A DNA stretch of 62,775 bases from an uncultured virus (IMG/VR IMGVR_UViG_3300020183_006727) (taxonomy: Duplodnaviria; Heunggongvirae; Uroviricota; Caudoviricetes): the IMG/VR virus record IMGVR_UViG_3300020183_006727. One strand, 5' to 3'. Position numbers and translations under genes: made by a program. Shown one piece after another: positions 57,401 to 62,775 of this stretch. The notes below the pieces were generated by a model. That model ran no database searches, was not told the DNA's origin, and saw only the letters and a list, made by a program, of their open reading frames with translations. Each line of letters starts with the position of its first letter. Within the stretch, counting starts at the first letter, position 1.

Positions 57401-60400
57401 TCATGTCAGGCGCAACCCTTAGCTACGCCAGAAGTATTCTGTTCTGACAGTGAGGCAGTGTACACCCTCACCCCAGCAGACCAGTTGATGAGGGATCACA
57501 TTCTCGCCAAGCGTTCTTGGGCTAACTCTCTTGGTGCAAAGCCCATGCTGTTTGTGCGGGAAGATTCATCACCATCATCTCCATTCAGGAACATAGACGA
57601 TTTCGGCATGCCAATTCCCTCAGGAATTATCAGATATGTGAATGATCTCAAGTTTAATCTTGCCGCTGACACTGCGATTGGTTTTGCATCTGAAATAACA
57701 CATGTCATCATAGACCTGAAGAGTATTTTCCGTTCTGATGATGTTGTTTCTGAAGAATTCAATCGCCATTCTAGATGGGTTTCAAATCCAGTTGATATGC
57801 TTGACTCGGGGGATGCTCTCGGTAGCAGGGACACAATACTGCGAGAGGTGGCGGCAATCAACGGATTGTTACTAGAGACCATTGCTAAGCTCAAGGCTCT
57901 CCACCCGTCTGTAAGGTTTGGAATTTATGGGCTTGGCAATTTCAGAAACAATGGAAATGTCAGGGCTGCCTATTTTGAGTTATCAAGATTTTTCTCGGGA
58001 GACACCAATAGCCCCATCAGGAGTAGTTCGTCTTGGGCAAGGCAGGGTGTTGCAACGCGCATATCTGAAGTTTATGGACCTCTGCTGGACGCTGTTGATT
58101 TCGTTGCTGTTGAATGCATGCCTGCAGCCACAGGCTCAGCGAACAAGCAACAAATCTCTGCCAAGGTGGGTGTGGCAACAGACGCCATACTGCATCACTA
58201 CAACCAATCAAAGAAGACCCCCAAGCCTATATATGTCATCAACTTTGGCGTATTTCTTTCTCCCTCAGATCCGTCTTTCGACAACCATAACTGCAAGATT
58301 TCAAGATCTCAATTCAATTTCATATGCATACAGCCGTTCATGAGGCACAAAATTGATGGATTCATATTTGATGCCATCGAAAGAGATCTGAAGAGATCTG
58401 ATTTCTCAGGTTGTCCATCTGTTGGTGGCGCCATTTTCTCAAAGCCATGCTGGGAGCTTGGAACGGTGACATGTTCATCGATTGCCAAGGCCGAATATGC
58501 AGCTTCTTACAACATTCAGTCGATGGTTGTAGAGCTTGCAAACAGAACTGCAGATCCAGCGCGGATTGTGCGCCCAATCTGGGCTGGTACCTGGCGTGGC
58601 CCAGTGTCTGCAAGTTTGGATGCTGTTGATATAAACCAAAGCGATCAGGATTTAACAGCGTACACATATGTCAAGCCTATGGTTCCCCTGTACGGGCCAA
58701 CCATTACAGGTACATTCACGGATGGTGGTCAGAGTGCTCCTGCAACATTCATAAATACAGCCAGGTTCAACGCGGTTGTATCGTTGCTCCAAAGACTTCC
58801 ATCTGGCATGCGATCTCTGCGTATGCATTATTTCTATGAAGCCGGCGTCAACAAACGAATGTTCTATGACAACCTTGGCAATCCAGATCAATTTTCCACC
58901 ACTGGTGGGGTGATCGTTCCGTCCATATGGGCATCCAACGGAGTCATTACTGTAAAGAATGCCTGGACAATAGTCATAAACGCTCTCAAGAGTGGTGGTG
59001 CTCCACTCGATCATTTGGTTTTTGATTACGAAATGGGTGGCATATTTACCAGCTGGAATCTTAATGCGGACAAGGTTAATTCATATGCCAATAGGCCAGA
59101 ATTCTCCAAATCTTGGTTTGGCGTTGCCTCCTGGAAATACTGGTTCACCGATGGCGGTCGTTTTGATCTCAATTCTCAATTGGCGGAATTGATAAGTAAT
59201 TTGGGTAACCCGCATCCGCAGAACACCCCTGCATATCACTATTGGAATCGCGGTGTGTCTGCTATTGATGCAGCAAACCTCTACGAAGCATTCATGCCCA
59301 TAGGCAAGAATCAATATCCAGGTTTGAGCATGTCGAACTATCATGCATATTCGATTGCACCATGGGATCACGCCTATGATTCTGACGGGCACCATGATAT
59401 GCAGCAGGGTCTCGCTGGTAATGCCTCTGCTCCTTATCTGTATGGTCAATGGGATGACACATCGATATACTCTGTGGCAACTGATGACCCCACAAGACTG
59501 GTTCGCCTGGACCAGTCAAATGCCGCCACAACTCCCTTTGGACGGACACCTTGGAACTCTCTCTTATTGGCTCTGCAGACCTTGCGTGCTGTCAACAGAA
59601 ACTGCGGTGGGTCGCCGACAAGGCCATGGATAGCTCCAAGGTCGTGGGCTGGCGACGCCAGTGGAGTGGTCGGTTTTGTGGATTCTCCCATGTGGGACGA
59701 GTTGCTGCGTCATGCGTGCCTGACTGGGGTTGACCACATACATTCTTGGGAGCCTGACGGTCTTGCAGCAAATTTGAGAACAGACACCTTCTCCAGGATG
59801 GAAAAGATACTGAAGGAGGCTAATGAGCGTCTTGGCGGTTTCTCTCCGCATGTGGCTGCCAATCAGCGTTTGTCTTTCAATTCTGATTTCATAGTCAGCG
59901 GTGCTCAGGCAGTTGCTGGAGAATATTATGGAAAATGGGTGTGGCGCATCACCAGATCATCGCCTAATATATCTCTTTTTGGACCAAAGGGAGTCTTCAT
60001 AGACATGGATGCAGACGGAGGGGCGTGGTTGGTCACCGCCACCTCTAACCTTCCATCAATAACCACCCAAAACACATATGATCTGAATGACGCTAACAGG
60101 TATTATTGGTGGATATCTATGGGTGCTGGAGGAAGTACGCCAATAATAGGTGGCATGTCACAAACATGGGTGGCCCTGTGGCAGGGGGAGCACCGCCGAG
60201 GTTATGATTCTGGAGGAAACGAACACGATCCTTTGCCAAGGGCGTTTGAATGGAGCCCTGACCCTCAGAATTTTCAAACCAAAAGCCCTTGGCACAATGC
60301 GCTTTATGAGATGGTGATTGACGCATACATGTGGGGTGGCAGAAGCTTCTTATTGTGGATGCCATTTGGAGGTTACAGCTGGGGCGAAGAACCCGACACC

Positions 60401-62775
60401 GCTGCTACGGAAGGAGCCTCCTTTGTTTCTTACATAGAGTGGAAGAGGCGCTATCTGCGCACAACTCCTGATTTTACCCAGTCTCCAGGCTATGAGTGCA
60501 GGGAGTGCACTGCCGTGTGGAAGGGTGCATCTCATGCCATCAGGGCCTTGGTTCATGGTGTGATAATCCCTTCTTTGAGAACGCCCATTATATCTCCGTG
60601 CAATGTTATCCTCTATTTGACATCCAATCGAGGGTATCCATCTTACAGAAAACGCACCACAGCCATATGGGATTCTGAGTCAGGAACCTCCACACAAAAA
60701 GACAGCGCTTTTAAGGTGATGCTTGATGAGATGATTGCAGAAATCATTTTTATGGCAGGAGATGTTGCAAGCCCCACGAATGGTCGATTGAGCGTGTGTC
60801 TTGATGCTGCATCGCAAAGCGCAACTCCATCTGACATATCACTATTCAGATCTGCAGAAACCAATAATGATTACCAAACATACAGAACAGATTTCTTGGA
60901 GTTGTCTGATTGGTATGTCGCCACAAAACTGAAAGAGGCTGGTATTGAAGTTTTCTATGAGACGCGTGACTGGACCAGAAGGAAGAAGGCTTTCGGAGTT
61001 GATGATACCGTAACCTCCACCACAGGACTGCCGATTGATTGGGCAAATGTCCCGTTCTTCTCTGATGAATATTATCTTTGGTCTTTTGGTAATGAGTTCC
61101 CGTGGGTCCCATATGATGCACCAGAAAAGATATTGAGAGCATATAATATATCTTATCCGCTCTTAGATATGGGGGAAAAAGACCCATTCACAACAAATCA
61201 GTTTAGATCTTTACTTACTTTTATAGAAGAAGAGCCCGTAATTAAAAATTCACAAGATTTTACTAAAACTGGAAGAGTTCTTGCAAAACTTAAATCTAAT
61301 GACGGCTCAGTTTCTTTGGCAGAATATAACAATAGAAGAAATTTAGGATTACTCAAAATAGAAGAGGGCTCAGTTAGAGATTATATATCTCAAATAGATC
61401 AATACCTAATAGAGGTTCCAGAATCAAAAAATGTAGATTTATATATAAATGAATTAAAATTAACTGAAGCTTTTGATTGGGTTACTGAGGACGTTATTGG
61501 ATATCCTGCTGCCAATTGCACAAATGATCCATTCTTAATCAATCAATGGCATCACGACAAGATGGAATCTTGTGCCGCATGGGATATAGAGCCAGGAGAC
61601 ACTCAGGTTGTTGTGGCCATCATTGATACAGGAATTGATGTTGGTCATGAAGATTTAGAGGCAAATAGACTTCCTGCTTATAATGCTGTTTCGGGTACAA
61701 GAGGAGACGAAGGCGGTATAGCGCAAAATGGAATGCCCACCGTAGTTTTCTGCGGAGAGGGTGGCATGCATGGACCTCAAGTAACCGGATGTGCGGGTGC
61801 AATTGGGGGAAATGGAAAGGGTGTTTCTGGTACTGCAAAATCTATAAGTACAAGAAGTTTCAAAACTTCAAATTCGTTTTTCGCTGGTGGGTTGTTGTCG
61901 GATGTACTTTGGGCTTGTATAAAAGCAGCTGATGACGGTGCAAGAGTAATAGTAGTAAGCTACGGCTATATGGGTAGTCCTCAGTTTTATGCTGCAATAG
62001 AAACTACCGCTTCTTATTGTAGAACAAAAAACTGCCAAATATTTTTTGCAGCCGGTAATGTACCATCACTCAATTTATCTTCACCAACTCCTGCAAGTGT
62101 AATAGTTGTTGGGGCTACAGATTCCTCAGATAATAGATGGTATGGTTCTAGTTTTGGAGACGGCGTTGACATATGGGCTCCTGGCTCTTCAATATTGACA
62201 ACAACAGGAAGATTGTTAAGATTTGGCACTACAGATGCAACTAGCCCTGCGAATATTCAAAGAATAGATGAAATACTGCAATATTTAGATCAAAACCTTC
62301 CTTCTTTAATTGGAAAAAAAATCAGGCAAACAGTTAATGGAGTTGTTAATCAGGCAACAATACAACACTACAACAGCTGCAGTCTTTGGGGTCAATGCGG
62401 AGATCTCACTTCAAGTGGACGTTCTTTGTTCTTATTTAATGTAAAGGAAAGTTCTAGTGCATTCTGGAGCTGGGACCTTGTTACTAATCCTGTTACGATA
62501 GAAGATCATCCATCTTTAAATATTGATTATCAACAGGCTTTCCTTGTAGCTCCTAATGCAATAACACCGTATGTATCTGTAAGTGGTACAAGTTATGCTT
62601 CGCCAAATGCTGCTGGTGTTGCAGCTTTAATGATATCACTAAAACCAGACATAACATGTCAGCAGATAGAGGATATATTAAAATCCTCCGCCGATATCAT
62701 CCCGATAACTGGTCCAAATGGTTATTCCGCAAATGTTAAAAGAATAAATTCAAAAAAAGCCTTACAGGCAGTGCA
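48494..62775 (+). CDS. Giant polyvalent protein, at least 4760 aa, 3'-truncated by window edge: multiple GH-like TIM barrels, RCC1-like propeller, GATase-like domain and S8 subtilase
   Basis: ATG at 48494 overlaps the upstream TGA (MKSDYDQFDLLNRL...). Every segment I translated in this frame is open, and the terminal S8 codons are in the same frame. The supplied track has no ORF in this frame, as expected if no stop is reached. S8 triad: IIDTG (61625), MHGPQVTG (61769), SGTSYASP (62591). Confidence 0.9.
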   Translation, partial: MKSDYDQFDLLNRLVQDGYVKITRGSLGATSSSYAPIAYLEGLSSDPLKAQPLSGNLSSGVAPDVKTIGLDSSNTGVGLSVETGSAVIAGAFDAGASVVLIDSGGFTRTDFDFIARSVMGVSCVLSKQVVTTFEEAKNAVLLAASATMGCQVDVLVKHDHNHFVKSDRGNLGEALFILYQVLGSDYGINPISVYDNLFSDNSFDYDTDLLRIFKSDGDWGVGATATHFNIGRPFLAAAHRLNLQESLFAAAGCRLNCDFDPWPAVDFMSLDDFNGFNMWENGWDESETSSGGYLWLRGWPYQKPSGISTISRRVRPFVVMDRWGSPHPTAPFDYDFDNLTLIYKRLKLEDVNHIVQDVSEVFTCQKDAQINSICVDASAGNYSFKVTDPAFAGDGNRPQNYAVNRWLINSHSSTPLSSQLPWSSGITHGVANDAVRKAIDGSNMNDSIMPGLLCDRGYFGFDTSNNQPKPIPSGQRGYYPVDIPFCHWWKGDSRSRVEPSNPDSWRYPVWFQPDLEEYTYTDNAGVSRTVRLPSLFHDNLIKFYCGTLDASGQPTANGGGFIQYMIRKLCSYAKQSPNVPNVNAIGQGLFANVDAFGNGSNPYRLPFDLSRDGNLLDYIVYDFIVEFGGDKTGTLWDWIQLVRGYGLMDEWLTRQSSKPKWSNLSWNGFTGVRSILEAGNGRYGSGLTGSGSISEGLRSLAETRWDGSVEHPMLSRLQLVVSILENEVFALMTKAIEVTLKAEGCMRPESSLPYYGYQCVSRLDADTTFKVGQFPEKYGENYTSISVGHSPIIFYTLKDGSLRWVTTQGNFAGYDLLPPPELASLKYKQIAVGYGVVAGLTTDGNVVAWGGPAQEHCDVTASKAADAFTEQLNSLGRKVRKIAAGGSHFLALLDNGSVVAWGDNSSAQLSDPNTVWTRVGSIPRPIVGDATLITNYIPYIDFEYKQDASSYLGYFPCITDDQDSCVLDASGDPVLQGNSCQTSPQNRRYRLFRFNALGCPFRGGDLPNSNFDTPAPSYPASGSTSWAGLNWAVHTGAPNDYQFARSTVSSGVNASLNGSWIRSTANILTGGSQGYTDTSGSLISNSIFGTSGQSYVDIAAGRFHNLLLTDDGNIETWGGNFFYAVTGSGLQTNGYVRMGSGRSNDTSESSTMVEASTSKWIENGREYPYPNAPAGDNTAPTVKTLKTTANSVSAISCGYYNNYAIKPDGSIFAWDRNEWGESLPTGNIPAGPFKQVAGGYHHAVALRRDGTVACWGENNDGECNVPTQFQNATTSNCVWVGAGQRFTVALKADGTLYAWGDLSKLVSSGTQGMRISLAERIYLPGTPLISAHPGSDGTMSNQLSWQGKYSLFECSGDIPTEIIYSGHGQYWLYTSFVDVPNMQSGLINSLYHGSNLYKVGTIDDRGSWPLVLMGGSGNYGGFLKLKTDGTLSSGVDPLDRSGPEAEFNQNQLPGSRLTWVGNGARQNVPTANGFSSFTKAPALVGSGNFVSPPTPARSAMEPFADLKYGIYVIKQCAYSHPSQTCLAWVEWPGGHGRPDVSPVGFIWNEADRQLPDDESWSSRWYGGGVRSRELVHGWMWWEKLVHAMLVAQGNPLFTFWYGSAERIFTGKYAALPEGIDDTVFNNTTVNAVLGDIERAVGSRRRWSLAFRHEYQFSFAETDSSDTAASLVGGTIPPLTPAQMKPCITCVKVEEADDGSSPAYLLFRLSVPTPTEVPDISPNEQYPPNNRILNLKKFVVSVMSGSDEIARLRPNPKRPCGMWFSMPYEEGMTPPTFEMVEDTGLVSRRDGLTTHRLEGTKIAGYANESATTPSVKDTSWYRDSRFSLHTQWSGLNCVLLYDQNVRNMLGAVTNGSDCEVCLLSNCSAPNLSPASLSFYKRKHLTGPSTFERLSLPSCGAATIAKLTGARAAFKANFDIDAQVRAAAQWNPDFAIVFLRSSDEPMWFPKPASTPSPDWDWSRDDAVFDQWKLFANDGTVATAVGMAMNPMSEYVTASVKYGIRLVAYFKMFSSVELDVQANNTNSSLNRFGLSAPAGGWRISEVFHKATDIFGNLITVSEHGNSGMTLLSIISPSTRFLMADWCKEVARQGMAKDGSGNPILGSDGYPLGVRGMYWDSMPIDPFRGDFSEDTVSWATYEGLFNNSRPPGQIPKPDPSIFPFPLTNAKVSANPTLAPLRNWLSSQNTTNITDLLSLDNPAVGWAESSQASPVTFKSEVRRYLEWLRNKEKDFMKFIADTMKAYGHPDFAIIPSGIHSGHSSSIFANQHDSAYYSAGFKSELGVEQIFDLRMPINNTNQATPPDMWLAQIADMLMSRSRDGKPSLMWQPLSLWSPSEADALQPPTGTQQSLVTCTSNLDTAYQQANGRSTFLSGKGIVRDHAIRGFLENKLLITWACGNIFDAMYFSGAGYSGENPDSLTGVENNDTSVPSDNASVYVRRLASMVSSLKDGGLPRAKRSRVPWVAVVHSPEAAFGASIQGNIANVKWQQYYWPLMGAIHTCVENGVPVSVVQDDSLDLYDELGIGVLVIPFARSAVPAATAKILNRFNGGVIWMQEEFLDSPDPRAGTGYTPPLATLKNEFHDTSLMAGSSITKAKNARNLLWNLITIRGGEPPISVTIVPTSSSPTPDPLAVPCHGFEVCVGDGSAQHVIITSATDFGWTDMTKHMNPLQYSTRRHLLENIPSGARPILSMCSTSAFVTADSFYKTTYTGSDQLIPLEHMPLLGKLNFYAGTPRTWDRYVRFDFKFSSTQLPVRARQFLLNKERGKFDPIDMVIEGGYSEMNDMIGERTVEGVSIIPCSYDLGSVIDVQLRNRIKDDDVTEFIVNAGQGSYGNPCSNPGLSCNFIGRLRCLFDGLATAATEDDKIIVRMYCDGPENDPDVSKIVLAKQIFEDLRESVVANPSTWQRVIDEPNSLTGFSSYCPFGFVVARDRVGNPSSPTDITRIITGVEFRGNYGISILAGMLPSISGMVPSCQAQPLATPEVFCSDSEAVYTLTPADQLMRDHILAKRSWANSLGAKPMLFVREDSSPSSPFRNIDDFGMPIPSGIIRYVNDLKFNLAADTAIGFASEITHVIIDLKSIFRSDDVVSEEFNRHSRWVSNPVDMLDSGDALGSRDTILREVAAINGLLLETIAKLKALHPSVRFGIYGLGNFRNNGNVRAAYFELSRFFSGDTNSPIRSSSSWARQGVATRISEVYGPLLDAVDFVAVECMPAATGSANKQQISAKVGVATDAILHHYNQSKKTPKPIYVINFGVFLSPSDPSFDNHNCKISRSQFNFICIQPFMRHKIDGFIFDAIERDLKRSDFSGCPSVGGAIFSKPCWELGTVTCSSIAKAEYAASYNIQSMVVELANRTADPARIVRPIWAGTWRGPVSASLDAVDINQSDQDLTAYTYVKPMVPLYGPTITGTFTDGGQSAPATFINTARFNAVVSLLQRLPSGMRSLRMHYFYEAGVNKRMFYDNLGNPDQFSTTGGVIVPSIWASNGVITVKNAWTIVINALKSGGAPLDHLVFDYEMGGIFTSWNLNADKVNSYANRPEFSKSWFGVASWKYWFTDGGRFDLNSQLAELISNLGNPHPQNTPAYHYWNRGVSAIDAANLYEAFMPIGKNQYPGLSMSNYHAYSIAPWDHAYDSDGHHDMQQGLAGNASAPYLYGQWDDTSIYSVATDDPTRLVRLDQSNAATTPFGRTPWNSLLLALQTLRAVNRNCGGSPTRPWIAPRSWAGDASGVVGFVDSPMWDELLRHACLTGVDHIHSWEPDGLAANLRTDTFSRMEKILKEANERLGGFSPHVAANQRLSFNSDFIVSGAQAVAGEYYGKWVWRITRSSPNISLFGPKGVFIDMDADGGAWLVTATSNLPSITTQNTYDLNDANRYYWWISMGAGGSTPIIGGMSQTWVALWQGEHRRGYDSGGNEHDPLPRAFEWSPDPQNFQTKSPWHNALYEMVIDAYMWGGRSFLLWMPFGGYSWGEEPDTAATEGASFVSYIEWKRRYLRTTPDFTQSPGYECRECTAVWKGASHAIRALVHGVIIPSLRTPIISPCNVILYLTSNRGYPSYRKRTTAIWDSESGTSTQKDSAFKVMLDEMIAEIIFMAGDVASPTNGRLSVCLDAASQSATPSDISLFRSAETNNDYQTYRTDFLELSDWYVATKLKEAGIEVFYETRDWTRRKKAFGVDDTVTSTTGLPIDWANVPFFSDEYYLWSFGNEFPWVPYDAPEKILRAYNISYPLLDMGEKDPFTTNQFRSLLTFIEEEPVIKNSQDFTKTGRVLAKLKSNDGSVSLAEYNNRRNLGLLKIEEGSVRDYISQIDQYLIEVPESKNVDLYINELKLTEAFDWVTEDVIGYPAANCTNDPFLINQWHHDKMESCAAWDIEPGDTQVVVAIIDTGIDVGHEDLEANRLPAYNAVSGTRGDEGGIAQNGMPTVVFCGEGGMHGPQVTGCAGAIGGNGKGVSGTAKSISTRSFKTSNSFFAGGLLSDVLWACIKAADDGARVIVVSYGYMGSPQFYAAIETTASYCRTKNCQIFFAAGNVPSLNLSSPTPASVIVVGATDSSDNRWYGSSFGDGVDIWAPGSSILTTTGRLLRFGTTDATSPANIQRIDEILQYLDQNLPSLIGKKIRQTVNGVVNQATIQHYNSCSLWGQCGDLTSSGRSLFLFNVKESSSAFWSWDLVTNPVTIEDHPSLNIDYQQAFLVAPNAITPYVSVSGTSYASPNAAGVAALMISLKPDITCQQIEDILKSSADIIPITGPNGYSANVKRINSKKALQAV
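61224..62775 (+). repeat. S8 subtilase cassette, copy 2 (dispersed direct repeat of 19295-20843)
   Basis: Same framework DNA as copy 1 (the last ~190 bp differ at one base) with replaced loop segments. In frame within the giant ORF. Confidence 0.95.

Larger units (their letters stand above)
1..62775 (+). mobile_element. Segment of a large (jumbo-type) bacteriophage genome: virion tail/baseplate structural gene cluster
   Basis: All real genes are on the + strand and many are 1000-4700 aa. They are joined by ATGA/TGATG overlaps or 1-2 nt gaps. Baseplate-hub-like, tail-fibre-like, LamG, FN3 and propeller motifs are present and no cellular housekeeping genes are seen. No capsid, terminase or integrase lies in the window, so phage identity is an inference. 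Confidence 0.8.

Noticed and set aside
33..62229. The many 60-170 aa minus-strand and alternate-frame ORFs in the track, including the poly-Glu/Leu ORFs at 19116 and 20790 and the LQAVLV-repeat ORF at 42843
   Set aside because: All are nested in long + strand genes and are shadows of them; the low-complexity ones simply mirror the poly-Ser tracts.
48494..62775. Apparent ORF desert suggesting stop-codon recoding, pseudogenes or a non-coding region
   Set aside because: It is a single open frame with no stop before the window end, so the ORF caller omitted it. All other genes read normally in the standard code.
19295..62775. Diversity-generating retroelement (TR/VR pair) as the explanation for the two S8 copies
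   Set aside because: Differences are not adenine-specific, include third codon positions and codon indels, both copies are coding and ~1.55 kb long, and no reverse transcriptase is present in the window.

Overview
The window is an almost fully coding, all-plus-strand run of 17 mostly very large, translationally coupled genes. It looks like the tail/baseplate (virion structural) module of a large, probably jumbo, bacteriophage. A planctomycete-like host is a weak inference from domain types. The genes include a baseplate-hub-like protein, tail-fibre/FN3/LamG/beta-propeller proteins and a GT-B glycosyltransferase. The last 14.3 kb, where the ORF track shows no large gene, is one uninterrupted ORF (48494 to beyond the window end, at least 4760 aa). 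It strings together several glycoside-hydrolase-like TIM-barrel modules, an RCC1-like propeller and a subtilase. The main signal is a ~1.55 kb, partly AT-rich subtilisin (S8) cassette present in frame in two different giant genes (19295-20843 and 61224-62775). The two copies have near-identical framework DNA but completely replaced substrate-binding loops. The first copy sits between poly-Ser-coding direct repeats and appears to split a host domain. A trypsin-like protease module is likewise attached to another structural gene by a poly-Ser tandem repeat. Together these suggest exchangeable, specificity-diversified protease cassettes on phage virion proteins. All domain assignments are by eye from motifs, not from database searches. 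No rRNA, tRNA, CRISPR array, integrase or reverse transcriptase was seen.
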